A DNA stretch of 64,000 nucleotides from an uncultured Bacteroidota bacterium (GCA_963808135.1 CAWEFA010000034.1:2081-66080); one strand, 5' to 3'. Positions 44,707 through 56,500 are shown, numbered from the stretch's first letter. The notes: a model not told the origin generated them from the sequence alone. A program made the numbers and translations.

Positions 44707-46089
44707 ATGAAACCATCCATTCCCAAGGGAACACGTGATTTCGGGCCTGTAGAAATGGCCAGGCGCAATTATATTTTCAGTACCATTCGTTCGGTTTTCG
44801 AGTTGTATGGCTTTCAGCCTATCGAAACGCCGGCAATGGAAAATATTTCTACACTTACCGGGAAATATGGAGAAGAAGGCGATCAACTTATCTTTAAAAT
44901 TCTGAACAGTCGCATTTACGATTCAAAAGATAAGGAAATATTGCAAAAGGAATTTAATTTAAGCCTTGCCGGGTCAAGAAATTCAGAAATACTTACAGAA
45001 AAGGCCCTTCGTTATGATCTTACAGTCCCTTTTGCACGTTATGTAGTTCAACATTATAATGACATCACATTTCCCTTTAAGCGCTACCAAATTCAGCCGG
45101 TGTGGCGTGCAGATCGTCCGCAGAAAGGCCGCTATCGTGAATTTTACCAATGCGATGCTGATATAATCGGAAGCAATTCTTTGCTGAACGAGGCTGAATT
45201 AATTCAAATTGTCGATACAGTTTTTGAAAAGCTTGGCATCGAAATTATCATCCAAATCAACAATCGCAAATTATTGGCGGGCATTTCCGAATTTATCGGG
45301 TATCCTGATAAAATACTCGACATTACCATAGCTATTGATAAATTTGAAAAAATTGGACTGGAAAAAGTCCGGGATGAATTAAGGCAAAAAGGAATTAACG
45401 AAAAAGCTGTTAAAGAACTTGAAAATATCCTGTTTATAAAGCTGGAAAATAATGGAAGAAAGTTAAAATTGTTAGAATCGACATTACATGGGTCAAATAC
45501 GGGTACAAAAGGAATTGAGGAAGTTAAAGAATTATTAAACTATGTTGCTGAGCTTAAAATAAAATCGAAAGTTGAACTAAACTTTTCATTGGCACGAGGT
45601 TTAAATTATTACACTGGCGCAATATTTGAAGTTAAAGCTAAGGATATTGAAATCGGTAGCGTTTCCGGCGGCGGAAGATACGATAACCTTACCGGTGTTT
45701 TTGGAATGGAAGGTATATCGGGTGTGGGAATTTCATTTGGAGCCGACAGAATTTATGATGTTTTAACACATCTCAATAAATTTCCGGTTTCGGTATCGTC
45801 AGCGACAAAAGTATTATTTGTTAACTTCGGTAATGAAGAAGAAAAATGCTGTTTACCGCTGCTCAAATCTTTGCGAGATATAGGCATCAGCGCTGAAATA
45901 TATCCGGAAAGCATCAATTTGAAAAAACAATTAAATTATGCCGACAAAAAGCAAATTCCGTTTGTTGTTATTATTGGAGAAGTAGAAATGACAGAAAAAA
46001 TGGCGCTCGTGAAAAATATGCAAACCGGCGAACAGGTTAAATTGGATGTGAACAATTTGGTTGATTATTTTATGAATGGGCTAAAATAG
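44707..46089 (+). CDS. hisS: Histidine-tRNA ligase
   Basis: [49 protein letters not shown]. Confidence 0.97.
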   Translation: MKPSIPKGTRDFGPVEMARRNYIFSTIRSVFELYGFQPIETPAMENISTLTGKYGEEGDQLIFKILNSRIYDSKDKEILQKEFNLSLAGSRNSEILTEKALRYDLTVPFARYVVQHYNDITFPFKRYQIQPVWRADRPQKGRYREFYQCDADIIGSNSLLNEAELIQIVDTVFEKLGIEIIIQINNRKLLAGISEFIGYPDKILDITIAIDKFEKIGLEKVRDELRQKGINEKAVKELENILFIKLENNGRKLKLLESTLHGSNTGTKGIEEVKELLNYVAELKIKSKVELNFSLARGLNYYTGAIFEVKAKDIEIGSVSGGGRYDNLTGVFGMEGISGVGISFGADRIYDVLTHLNKFPVSVSSATKVLFVNFGNEEEKCCLPLLKSLRDIGISAEIYPESINLKKQLNYADKKQIPFVVIIGEVEMTEKMALVKNMQTGEQVKLDVNNLVDYFMNGLK

Positions 46090-46118
46090 TAGACAATGGA
46101 TATGAGTGCTTAAATAGT

Positions 46119-46215
46119 CTTTGCGGAACTTTGGGGCAACTTTGCGCGGCTTTGCATAATAGTTATAATAGCTGTTATGCAAAGTTTCACAAAGTAAACA
46201 CAAAGTTACCAAAAG
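46119..46215. repeat. Long imperfect palindrome with phased CTTTG/CAAAG units
   Basis: CTTTG at 46119, 46129, 46140, 46150; CAAAG at 46180, 46190, 46201 and CAAAAG at 46210; core hairpin 46150-46184. Confidence 0.75.
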
Positions 46216-46308
46216 TTTAGATTATTATTTTATTGCATATGTTATTACTTTTAAGACGCCATTATCATAAAAAGATATATCAACAGGTATAATAAAATCA
46301 ATGTTATT

Positions 46309-48022
46309 ATGAAATTGCGGGCAGTAATAACCATATTTATATTTTTTTCCTGCATTTCATTATTTCCTCAGCAGACCAGGCTTTTTCAAATCAATAAAGC
46401 AAGGGAAATAATTGCTTCACGCGAGGAAGTAGTTGTTCAATTTCGTAAACCTTCTTCAATATCTCTGGAAAGCCTTACTAAACTAATTTCTATCGACCGC
46501 GTTAAAAACGATACCATTCTCGCTTATATTTCCGGCAAACAATTAAATAACTTTTTAAACCTTAATATCTATTTCAGCACAATCGTTCCCGGTTTAATAA
46601 ATAAATCTGTAAAATCAGGGGGCAATATCTGGAGTTGGAACAAATATCCGTCTTATCCTGAATATCTCGCAATGATGGACAGCTTTGCAAGGGCATATCC
46701 AACATTATGCAATTTATTAAATGTAGGAAAAAGTGTAAATGGCCATAATATCCTGTTTATAAAAATAAATTCCGATTCAACAAAGTCTAAACCGGCTGTG
46801 ATGTACTCTTCCACGATGCATGGCGATGAAATTGGAGGATTTGTTATGATGTTAAGGCTGATAAATTATCTTTTAACAAATTATAAAAAAGATTCCCTTG
46901 CAACGCATTTAGTCGACAGCCTTGAAATATGGATAAACCCTTTAGCAAATCCCGATGGTACATACTTTTTAAATGACTCAGATGTTTGGCAGTCTACATA
47001 TACTAATGCCAATGGCGTGAATTTAAACAGAAACTTTACTGACCCGGTAGAAGGGACCTCATCCCGAAGGAGGAGAGTATCAACCGGAAACCAATGCCAT
47101 GCTGAACCTGATGAAAACCCATCATTATATTTTATCAGCCAATTTCCATGCCGGATCGGAAGTGGTTAATTATCCCTGGGATTCCAAACCAGCATTACAT
47201 CCGGATAATACATGGTTCAGGTATATTTCTAAAGAATTTGCTGATTCGGCAATTTATTATGGCACAGGTGGATATTTTAAAACAATTGTTGATACAGAAA
47301 CCATTAAAGGTGTAACAAATGGATGGGATTGGTACCCTCTCTATGGCGGCCGCCAGGATTGTATTACCTACTTTTATGGCGGTAGGGAAGTTACCATTGA
47401 GCTCGATAGTACTAAGCTGACTCCTGAAGACTCTCTGCCAAATTTATGGAATTATACCAGGCGTTCATATTTACATTACCTGGAACAAGCTATGTTTGGC
47501 ATCCGGGGTTTTGTTTTTGATTCCCTCACAAATAAACCACTTAAAGCTAAAATAGAACTTGAAGGATATGATGATTCAAGCTCCATCGTATATTCAGACT
47601 CGCTGACCGGCAAATACTACCGTCTTATTTATGAAGGGAATTACACTTTGCGTTGTTCAGCTAATAGATATATTACTAAAGAAATTCAAAATGTTGAGGC
47701 ATTAAACAGAAAACAAACATGGTTAAACATTGCCTTGAAACCCGGCATCGGCAAAGATACTTTCGTTCAAAAATCCGAGATTGCAAAATTAAAAATTGGC
47801 CCAAATCCCTGCAATCAATATATTTATTTTAAGGGTTTGGAAAATTCCTTTGTTACTGCAAACTGTAAAATAATAGATATTACAGGAAAAACCATCATAA
47901 ATTTAAATCAAGCCAACCTAAATAATGGTATAGATGTAAGATTCTTACAACCGGGAATTTATTTTCTGAAAATTAATCTTTCAAACAATATTTTAACAAA
48001 AAAAATTATAATAATAAGATAA
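46309..48022 (+). CDS. Secreted M14 zinc carboxypeptidase with T9SS C-terminal domain (indel at ~47050-47070)
   Basis: MHGDE, ANPDG, NLNRNF, ANFHAG..NYPWD, GGRQD, EVTIEL, PNP..GIYF. Confidence 0.85.
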
Positions 48023-48041
48023 CAAAATTCTCAAATAGGCA

Positions 48042-49814
48042 CTATTGGCCAATCGGCAATTCCAAATTACTTGGATTTTTCAAACTATGATAAACAGCAA
48101 TGTGCGCTGTACGGGCATCTTTGCCTGTTTCTTCCATAACATTTTTGCCGCTGTTATAGTTCTTTTGCCAATAAATTAAATTCGGGCAATCAATAACTAG
48201 TCGGAGTAAACTGCCTTTAGCTACTTGGCGCGAAAACCAGTTAAACCCGTTAAAGTCATATTTCAAAATTTCACCGGGCTTGATTAATTTTTCTTCACGC
48301 AACGATTCCCTGAACCTTGCCCTTATTACGTCATTTGCTAGATAAACGCTGCTTCCGTTTGGCATAATTTCATAAAGCGTAACTTTTATATCTGCATCGG
48401 GGACATCCATTGAAATCCAAAGGGTAAGTTTCACATAGCCGCTTATTTCAGTGTTTTGTTTGAATGGCGCTGAGTGATAAACAAGCCCATTGTCAAATAA
48501 ATTTAACTCATATCGTTCATCCGTAATATAATTGTCAATGTCTGCCGTATCGAGTTCGGCAGGCTTGGTATCGAGAGGATTATAAACGTAGCTGTCGCTC
48601 CCCGGTTTTATCGGTTTGGTTTCAGCAAGGTAACCTGAATGAAAAACATCGTTAGCGCCTCCCTGGTCTGAACCCAAATAAAGATAACTTTTTTTTGTGC
48701 CAATAGAGTCAAGCGATTTGGCGTATTTCCATGTTTCTTTCCCAGCTACATAATATGCAACGCTGTTTTTTAAAAACTCCGGTTTCTTATCCGATTTTAA
48801 TATCCAGTCGTACCACTGTTTTTGCAGCTTGTTCATATCCAATAAACATGCATCGCCCAGTATTAACCCGCCGATTTCTTTCTTTGGGGCTATAGTACCG
48901 GAGTGGTTCCAGGGGCCAATTATCAGGTAATGTTTATCCCTGGCTTCTTTCGGTGCAAATTGAATATGGCGTTTATAAAATTCCATTGCGCCCGGTTGAT
49001 CCGCGTCGTATTGTCCGGTAACTGTCAGGATGGGCAAGTTGATTTTAGCAAATTGCTCGTCGGTGGGATTAAACGCATCCCAGTATGCTTGCTGGTAAGG
49101 ATGAGATATCCATGTTTGGAAAATTGCCGAAGGATTTCCAACGATTGTGTCCAGTGTTTTGAAAGCAAGATGGTTTAAATATAACTTACGAAATTTTTGT
49201 ATCCAGAATGAGGATTCGTCAAACAGGTTCCAGTTTTGCGTTACACCGCTTGTTGAAGTTAGCCATTGAATGATGTATGGTTTGTAAATGTTTTTCCAGA
49301 TGGGAAAGTCAAAACCCGGCATAGCAGAAGCAACAGGTATTATGGTTTTAAGATTCGGCGGAAATTCTTTTGCGGTTTCCCACTGGTCGCTTCCGCCATA
49401 AGATAAGCCCCACATTGCAACACTGCCGTTGCACCATGACTGGTTTGCAAGCCACGTAACAATGTCGTAACCATCGTTTGCTTCCTGAAGAAAAGGTGTA
49501 AAACTTCCTTCCGAGTTACCGCGTCCGCGTGAATCAACAATAACAAACACGTAACCATTTTGAGAAAAATAATATGCGCGATTATGATACGAGTCGGAAA
49601 TATATGGGGTTAGCGTAAATATTACTGGTAGCGGCCCGGCATCTGAAGGTTTGTAAACGGTTGCATTTAGTTTAATCCCATTCCTCATAGGGATTTTAAC
49701 GCCCCAAATAATATCAACCGTTTTGGCTTCTATATTGTCCGAACTTTGTGCCGACAGATTTGAAACTGTTAATAACAGGCAAAGCAAAACAGAAAAATTA
49801 ATTTGCTGCTTCAT
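48042..49814 (-). CDS. CocE/NonD-family hydrolase (peptidase S15)
   Basis: IPMRNGIKL, TPY, DSRGRGNSEG, GLSYGG, IGPWNH. Confidence 0.9.
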   Translation of the reverse strand: MKQQINFSVLLCLLLTVSNLSAQSSDNIEAKTVDIIWGVKIPMRNGIKLNATVYKPSDAGPLPVIFTLTPYISDSYHNRAYYFSQNGYVFVIVDSRGRGNSEGSFTPFLQEANDGYDIVTWLANQSWCNGSVAMWGLSYGGSDQWETAKEFPPNLKTIIPVASAMPGFDFPIWKNIYKPYIIQWLTSTSGVTQNWNLFDESSFWIQKFRKLYLNHLAFKTLDTIVGNPSAIFQTWISHPYQQAYWDAFNPTDEQFAKINLPILTVTGQYDADQPGAMEFYKRHIQFAPKEARDKHYLIIGPWNHSGTIAPKKEIGGLILGDACLLDMNKLQKQWYDWILKSDKKPEFLKNSVAYYVAGKETWKYAKSLDSIGTKKSYLYLGSDQGGANDVFHSGYLAETKPIKPGSDSYVYNPLDTKPAELDTADIDNYITDERYELNLFDNGLVYHSAPFKQNTEISGYVKLTLWISMDVPDADIKVTLYEIMPNGSSVYLANDVIRARFRESLREEKLIKPGEILKYDFNGFNWFSRQVAKGSLLRLVIDCPNLIYWQKNYNSGKNVMEETGKDARTAHIAVYHSLKNPSNLELPIGQ

Positions 49815-50021
49815 GAAAATATAATTAGCTTAAAATGTTATGAAGATATTTAGATTATTGCAATTTTAAAAATTTTGTATTTAAATTTTGTTTCGAAATT
49901 AATTATAATTTCGAGGTTAAACTTTTATTTCAAATTTCCACAAAAGAGTATTCTTTGAAAAAAATGATTAATATTAACACAAGAAATTACTTCGATTTTA
50001 AAAAAACATGTGAGCCAAAAT

Positions 50022-51503
50022 ATGAATATAATATTTAAGTCGCCCTATAAAAACATATTTATTTTAAGCTTACTGGTTTACCTTATTACAGCATTCTGCA
50101 GTGCAGGTTATCTTCATCCCGACGAACATTTTCAAATACTTGAATTTTGCAATTATAAGCTTGGCAAATCCCCTATTTCTGATTTGCCCTGGGAGTTTTA
50201 TGAAAAAATTCGCCCAGCTTTGCAACCTGCTCTTGCCTGTTTCATAATTAAAATTTTAAATTTTGTAAGCATTTCCAATCCTTTTACTTATACAATTATT
50301 TTCAGGATTCTTACTGCCCTGCTTTCATGGTTTATAGTTTCCAAAACCAGTTTGTTGCTAATTAATGACTTTTCTTCAGAAAATGGGAAAAAAATATTTC
50401 TTTTTCTAAATTTCTTTTTATGGTTTATCCCTTTTATCAGCGTTCGATTTTCTTCTGAAAATTATGCTGCAATAACTTTTTTAAGCTCTGTTTACCTGGT
50501 TGTTCGATATAATGATAAAGCTTCTAATAAAAATTTATTTCAACTCATAATAGCAGGATTATTATTGGGCTTTTCAATTTTTTTTCGTTTCCAGGTTTGC
50601 TTTGCAATCATTGGTCTTGGCTTTTGGCTGATATTGGTAAATAAAATGCGCTGGGAAAATCTTCTCATTTTAATAATGTCTGGGACATGCGCAATTGCTT
50701 TTTGTATTTACCTTGATTTTTGGTTTTATGGGAAATTTGTATTTACTCCGGCAAACTATTTTTTCGCCAATATTATTGAAAACAAAGCTGCAAATTGGGG
50801 AACTCTCCCATGGTGGTATTATTTTGTCTTTTTCATTCTTAATGCCATCCCGCCCATTAGTATTTTGTTATTAATATTTTTCCTCATAGGTCTATTTCGA
50901 AAGAAAACTAACATTTTCACCTGGTGCATAATCCCGTTTCTAATAGGTCATTTTGTCGTTGGCCACAAAGAAATGAGATTTATGTTTCCCATGTTGTTTG
51001 GCTTTATATACCTCGCTGCCATTGGCATTGATTATTTTCTTGTTAATCGGAAATTTGAAAAAACATTACGTTTCCTTTTTATTTTTTCAGTAGTTATCAA
51101 TACTCCATTGTTGATTGTAAAAATGCTCACTCCCGCTCAGGAAGCTATATGTTATTACAAATATTTATATAACTATTCTTCAAAAAAGGAAATTGTTCTA
51201 TTATGCAATGAAAAAAATATTTATGATTTGGTAGGACTTCAGGCAAATTTCTATAAATCGTCAAATATAAAATGTATTGTTCTCAACGATGATATGAAAA
51301 TATCGGATTACTTGAATAAATATAAGCCTGATTCTATATTGCAATTAGAAAGAAATATAACAGCCGGTAATAAATTTGCAGGTTATAAAAATGAAACAAT
51401 TTATTGCCTGTTTCCCAGATGGGTTGTTCATTTTAATTTTAATAATTGGGAAAGCAGGGCCAGGATATGGAAAATTCAGAAACTTAAAAAAATTAAAATG
51501 TAG
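50022..51503 (+). CDS. GT22 (PIG-B/Alg9-like) membrane mannosyltransferase
   Basis: HPDEHFQILEF, LPWEF..IRP, PWWYYF, GHKEMRFMFP; many TM helices. Confidence 0.8.
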   Translation: MNIIFKSPYKNIFILSLLVYLITAFCSAGYLHPDEHFQILEFCNYKLGKSPISDLPWEFYEKIRPALQPALACFIIKILNFVSISNPFTYTIIFRILTALLSWFIVSKTSLLLINDFSSENGKKIFLFLNFFLWFIPFISVRFSSENYAAITFLSSVYLVVRYNDKASNKNLFQLIIAGLLLGFSIFFRFQVCFAIIGLGFWLILVNKMRWENLLILIMSGTCAIAFCIYLDFWFYGKFVFTPANYFFANIIENKAANWGTLPWWYYFVFFILNAIPPISILLLIFFLIGLFRKKTNIFTWCIIPFLIGHFVVGHKEMRFMFPMLFGFIYLAAIGIDYFLVNRKFEKTLRFLFIFSVVINTPLLIVKMLTPAQEAICYYKYLYNYSSKKEIVLLCNEKNIYDLVGLQANFYKSSNIKCIVLNDDMKISDYLNKYKPDSILQLERNITAGNKFAGYKNETIYCLFPRWVVHFNFNNWESRARIWKIQKLKKIKM

Positions 51504-52743
51504 TGTTTATTGCTTCTACAGGATTTAGGCGCGATGCCGCCCATGCAGGGATTACTCCGGATACAATCCCGATAATTATTGAAATAATAATTCCTAACAG
51601 GATATTGCCCAATGTAAGCGCAATATGAAAACCTAAAACATAAGTGGAAAACAAACTTCCGCTAAAAACAAAAAACAAACCTATCATACCACCTGCCAGT
51701 GTAAGCATTATAGCCTCGAAAAGAAATTCGATAAGAATAAAAAACTTTTTTGCGCCAAGCGATTTTTGTATCCCTATTTGGTTGGTTCGCTCCCGCACAG
51801 TTACAAACATTATATTGGCTATCCCGAAACCGCCCACTATAATTGAAAAACCGCCAATTAACCATCCGGCAATGTTTATTACAATAAATATTTGTTCAAT
51901 ATTTGTAATAATCATACTTGCCTGGTTAAGGGCAAAATTATCGTCCTGGATCGGTTTTAATGTCCTTTTTTTACGTAATATATTTCTTAGCTCGTCTTTC
52001 ATCTGGTCAATGGGTATACCTTTTTTCGCCTTAACCATAATAAAAGGGTTTAGTTTATCGCTCCTGACATCATAAATTTTGCGTGCAAAGTTCATCGGAA
52101 TAAGCACTGCTTCATCGAGGCTGCTGCCGCCGATTAACGATTTTCCCTCTTTTTTAATAACACCAATTACTTTTGCTTTATGGCCGTTGATGCTTATAAA
52201 TTGGTCAAGCGGATTTTCATTTTTAAATAATTCCTCTGATAACTTATTTCCAATAAGGGCAAGATTTCTCCCGGATGTTGATTCAAATACAGAAAAATAC
52301 CGGCCGTTTTCAATTTCAAAGCTTTTTAATTGTTGAAAATCATGTGTGTTCGCCCAAACAAAGCCATTATCATATGAATTTTTATTATGTTTCAGCAGGG
52401 CTTTTGAGCTAATCGAAAAAGCAGCGACGTCAACAGTTTGCGCTTTTTTTAGTATTTCTTCAAATTCCGAATATTTTGGAACAGGTCTTTTTAAATATTC
52501 CCACCATTTGTAACCCTTCTCAAAAGTCCATGGAAATTTTTGAATGTAAATTACATTATCGCCTAATTGCGAAATGTTTTCGCGAATATACATTTCCATT
52601 GAATCAAGAACGGTAAATACAGAAATGATAGCAAAAATCCCAATCGTAATTCCTAAAAGTGTAAGCACAGTCCTTATCTTATTAACCCTTACAGAATGAA
52701 GGGCCATTAAAAAACTTTCGATAATAAGTTTAAAAAATATCAT
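51493..52743 (-). CDS. ABC transporter permease (MacB/FtsX-like)
   Basis: NKIRTVLTLLGITIG, VGGFGIANIMFVTVRERT, PAWAASRLNPVEA. Confidence 0.9.
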   Translation of the reverse strand: MIFFKLIIESFLMALHSVRVNKIRTVLTLLGITIGIFAIISVFTVLDSMEMYIRENISQLGDNVIYIQKFPWTFEKGYKWWEYLKRPVPKYSEFEEILKKAQTVDVAAFSISSKALLKHNKNSYDNGFVWANTHDFQQLKSFEIENGRYFSVFESTSGRNLALIGNKLSEELFKNENPLDQFISINGHKAKVIGVIKKEGKSLIGGSSLDEAVLIPMNFARKIYDVRSDKLNPFIMVKAKKGIPIDQMKDELRNILRKKRTLKPIQDDNFALNQASMIITNIEQIFIVINIAGWLIGGFSIIVGGFGIANIMFVTVRERTNQIGIQKSLGAKKFFILIEFLFEAIMLTLAGGMIGLFFVFSGSLFSTYVLGFHIALTLGNILLGIIISIIIGIVSGVIPAWAASRLNPVEAINTTF

Positions 52744-52864
52744 AGGTCAAACAATTGTTCAAAATAATATAATTAACCAGCGCTTTATAGAAGGCTAAGT
52801 TAAATAAAATTGAAAAGAGTTTTTAACGACAATAAAAATACCTTAATAATATCAACTTTTTTAA

Positions 52865-52872
52865 TACTTTTG
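52865..52872 (+). promoter_or_regulatory. Bacteroidota -7 promoter element of purH
   Basis: TACTTTTG 25 nt upstream of the ATG. Confidence 0.6.
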
Positions 52873-52897
52873 TCAAATTAATTCTAATACTTGATAA

Positions 52898-54424
52898 ATG
52901 ACCAGTTTAAAGAAAATTAAATCAGCTTTTATTTCAGTTTATTCCAAAGATCAACTCGAAAAGATAGTTAAAAAATTAAACAGTTTAGGCATTCTCATTT
53001 ACTCTACCGGCGGAACACAGGAATTTATTGAAAAAATTGGGATTAAAACAATTGCAGTTGAAGAATTAACAGGTTATCCTTCAATATTGGGGGGCAGGGT
53101 AAAAACGCTTCATCCGAAAGTGTTTGGCGGTATTTTAGCTCGGCGCGACAATAAGGCCGATATCGACCAAATGAAACAATATGATATTCCTGAAATTGAC
53201 CTTGTAATAGTTGACTTATATCCTTTTGAAGAAACTGTTGCTTCAGGCGCAGACCATCAATCAATTATTGAAAAAATAGATATTGGAGGCATATCATTAA
53301 TCAGGGCAGCGGCTAAAAATTATAAAGATGTGCTCATTGTGGCATCAAAAGCCCAATATAGCGATTTGATTACTTTACTTGAAGAAAAAGAAGGGCAATC
53401 CTCTCTGGCCGACAGAAAAATGTTTGCTACCGAAGCATTTAATAAAACATCGCATTATGATATTGCTATTTTTAATTATTTCAACAGGGAATACGGCGCA
53501 AACATTTTCAAGTGCAGCATTCCAACGAGCAAAGAACTACGCTACGGAGAAAACCCTCACCAGATAGGAATTTATTATGGCGACTTTGATGAGCTTTTCG
53601 AGCAAGTCAGCGGCAAAGAAATTTCATATAATAATTTGCTAGATATCGACGCCGCTGTGAACCTAATGCGTGAGTTTGAAGAAACAACTGTTGCAATTTT
53701 AAAACATAATAATGCTTGTGGAATTGCTTCGCGCCCGAAACTTAAAAAAGCCTGGAAAGATGCACTTGCTGGCGACCCGGTTTCGGCCTACGGTGGAATT
53801 ATTATTTCAAATGCAGAAATTAACAAAGAAACAGCAGAAGACATCAATAAAATATTTTTTGAAGTTATCATTGCCCCATCATACAAAGAAGAAGCAATTA
53901 AAATACTGGAGTCGAAGAAAAACAGGATAATACTTGTCCAGAAAGCAACTGACTTTCCTATTCATCAATTCCGTTCAATCTTAAACGGCGTTCTGTTTCA
54001 GGATAAAGATTTTAAAGTTGAAACTGAAGAAGACATGAGGGTTGTTACCACACGTTCACCTCAAAGCAGGGAAATTGAAGATATGATATTTGCCAACAAA
54101 ATTGTGAAACATACAAAGTCGAATGCAATTGTGCTTGCAAAAGACAAACAACTTTTGGCCAGCGGTGTTGGACAAACTTCAAGGGTTGACGCACTAAAGC
54201 AAGCCATAATGAAAGCAGGCAGTTTTGGTTTTAGTTTAAAAGGCGCTGTTATGGCTTCCGACGCATTTTTCCCATTTGCCGATTGTGTTGAAATAGCCCA
54301 GCAGGCAGGTATTTTAGCCGTAATCCAACCGGGAGGTTCAATACGCGATAGCGATTCGATTGATTTTTGCAACAAACATAAAATGGCAATGGTATTGACC
54401 GGAATCAGGCATTTTAAGCACTAA
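52898..54424 (+). CDS. purH: Bifunctional AICAR transformylase/IMP cyclohydrolase
   Basis: GGRVKTLHP, IDIGG, LRYGENPHQ, KHNNACG, ASDAFFPF, RHFKH. Confidence 0.97.
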   Translation: MTSLKKIKSAFISVYSKDQLEKIVKKLNSLGILIYSTGGTQEFIEKIGIKTIAVEELTGYPSILGGRVKTLHPKVFGGILARRDNKADIDQMKQYDIPEIDLVIVDLYPFEETVASGADHQSIIEKIDIGGISLIRAAAKNYKDVLIVASKAQYSDLITLLEEKEGQSSLADRKMFATEAFNKTSHYDIAIFNYFNREYGANIFKCSIPTSKELRYGENPHQIGIYYGDFDELFEQVSGKEISYNNLLDIDAAVNLMREFEETTVAILKHNNACGIASRPKLKKAWKDALAGDPVSAYGGIIISNAEINKETAEDINKIFFEVIIAPSYKEEAIKILESKKNRIILVQKATDFPIHQFRSILNGVLFQDKDFKVETEEDMRVVTTRSPQSREIEDMIFANKIVKHTKSNAIVLAKDKQLLASGVGQTSRVDALKQAIMKAGSFGFSLKGAVMASDAFFPFADCVEIAQQAGILAVIQPGGSIRDSDSIDFCNKHKMAMVLTGIRHFKH

Positions 54425-54578
54425 AAAAATAAGAAAGATAAAATTCAATGCCATTAAAATTATTTTTATCTTTTAACATAAAGAATATCATATGTCATTG
54501 TATATTCGCAAAGTATTATTAACAGGAATTTTCAGTTTTATTAATAAATTTTGAATATTAAACTATTAACATATACCT

Positions 54579-55601
54579 ATGGGTTTGTTTTCTTTTCTAA
54601 CACAGGAAATAGCTATTGATCTTGGAACAGCCAATACTATTATTATACATAACGATAAAATTGTTGTAGATGAGCCATCGATAGTGGCTATTGACACTAA
54701 ATCCGGCAAATTGTTGGCAATTGGGGAAACCGCCAGGCTGATGCACGGAAAAACCCATGAAAACATAAAAACCATTCGTCCTCTGAAAGATGGCGTGATA
54801 GCTGATTTTAACGCTGCCGAACAAATGATAAGGGGAATGATTAAACTGGTAAATAAAAAAAATCAATGGTTTAATCCCGCTTTAAAAATGGTTGTCAGCA
54901 TTCCATCTGGCAGCACCGATGTTGAAATCCGCGCTGTCCGCGACTCTGCCGAACATGCCAATGGCCGTGAAGTTTATATGATTTACGAACCAATGGCCGC
55001 TGCAATTGGTATTGGTCTCGATGTTGAAGCGCCCGAAGGCAATATGGTAGTCGATATTGGCGGCGGCACAACCGAAATTGCTGTAATAGCTCTGGGAGGA
55101 ATTGTTTGCAACCAGTCGATCCGTATTGCAGGCGACGGTTTTACTGCCAATATCCAGGCATATATGCGCCACCAGCATAATATTAAAGTTGGCGAACGTA
55201 CTGCTGAAGAAATAAAAATAGTTGTGGGCTCAGCTTTGCCCGATCTTGATGATCCACCACCTGATTTTGTTGTACGCGGCCCAAATTTAATGACTGCAAT
55301 GCCGGTTGAAATACCATTATCTTACCAGGAAATTGCACACTGTTTGGACAAATCCCTGACTAAAGTTGAATCTGCAATAGTTTCAGTACTGGAACAAACG
55401 CCTCCGGAATTATATGCAGATATTGTAACCAAAGGTATTGCTCTTACCGGAGGAGGATCATTGCTTAGGGGCTTGGACAAGAGATTGACCGACAGGATAC
55501 AAATACCTTTTCGCGTTGCCAACGATCCTTTACATGCTGTTGCCCGGGGCACCGGCGTTGCATTGAAAAACATCGATCGTTTTTCTTTTCTGATGAGGTA
55601 A
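54579..55601 (+). CDS. mreB: Rod shape-determining actin homologue
   Basis: IDLGTANT, IRPLKDGVIADF, EPMAAAIG, DIGGGTT, LTGGGSLL. Confidence 0.97.
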   Translation: MGLFSFLTQEIAIDLGTANTIIIHNDKIVVDEPSIVAIDTKSGKLLAIGETARLMHGKTHENIKTIRPLKDGVIADFNAAEQMIRGMIKLVNKKNQWFNPALKMVVSIPSGSTDVEIRAVRDSAEHANGREVYMIYEPMAAAIGIGLDVEAPEGNMVVDIGGGTTEIAVIALGGIVCNQSIRIAGDGFTANIQAYMRHQHNIKVGERTAEEIKIVVGSALPDLDDPPPDFVVRGPNLMTAMPVEIPLSYQEIAHCLDKSLTKVESAIVSVLEQTPPELYADIVTKGIALTGGGSLLRGLDKRLTDRIQIPFRVANDPLHAVARGTGVALKNIDRFSFLMR

Positions 55602-55672
55602 ATAAGCAAATAATTGTCGGTCGTTAGTTTACAGAAACATATAAAGAAATTTTTGAATACGCGTTATAATCC

Positions 55673-56500
55673 ATGAGGAATTTACTGCGTTTTATAATTA
55701 ATAACCAATTTACCCTATTTTTCCTGCTAATAGAATCATTATCCATAATACTTGTTGTGAGGAGCAACAAATACCAACAAGCTAAGTATATAAATTTTTC
55801 TCAAAACATAAACGGTCTTATTTCCGAAAAGAAGGAATACATTCTACAATATTTTTCATTAAAAGCAATTAACCGTCAGCTTGCCAACGAAAACATATCA
55901 CTATTAAACCAATTGGAACAGCTTAAAATAAAAAATAATAATCAAAAGATAAAAATAAAAGATACTCTTTACAGGCAGCAATATTCGTATATAATAGCAA
56001 AAGTTATCAATAATTCGGTAAACAAGCAATATAATTTTATTACTCTTGATAAAGGAATATTGGATGGACTAAAATCGGATATGGCTGTAATCTCGCCTAA
56101 TGGCGTAGTAGGAAAAATTGAATCGCTGACAAATCATTATGCATTGGTAATGTCAATGCTAAATAAAAATTTTAAAATTAGTGTCAAAATTAAAAAGAAC
56201 AATTATTTTGGTTCGTTTGAATGGTCGGGTAATAATTACAGGAAAGGCTGCCTGAACGAAATCCCCCTGCATGTTGGCATTGCTGAAGGTGATTCTGTTA
56301 TAACCAGTGGGTTTTCGCCAATTTTTCCTGAAGGAATATTAATAGGGTTCATTACAGATTTTACAATTAAAGGAGGTAGTTTTTACAATATTAACATTCG
56401 CATTGCAAACGATTTTAAAAATCTTAATTATGTATATGTTGTTACAAACCATAATAAAGAAGAACAGCAAGTATTAGAATCAACAATAAAACATGATTAA
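55673..56500 (+). CDS. mreC: Rod shape-determining protein MreC
   Basis: AKVINNS, GVVG, VITSG..FPEGI; follows mreB. Confidence 0.9.
   Translation: MRNLLRFIINNQFTLFFLLIESLSIILVVRSNKYQQAKYINFSQNINGLISEKKEYILQYFSLKAINRQLANENISLLNQLEQLKIKNNNQKIKIKDTLYRQQYSYIIAKVINNSVNKQYNFITLDKGILDGLKSDMAVISPNGVVGKIESLTNHYALVMSMLNKNFKISVKIKKNNYFGSFEWSGNNYRKGCLNEIPLHVGIAEGDSVITSGFSPIFPEGILIGFITDFTIKGGSFYNINIRIANDFKNLNYVYVVTNHNKEEQQVLESTIKHD

Noticed and set aside
46119..46215. Mini CRISPR array
   Set aside because: Units are only 5 bp, arranged as an inverted pair, with no spacers of CRISPR length and no cas genes
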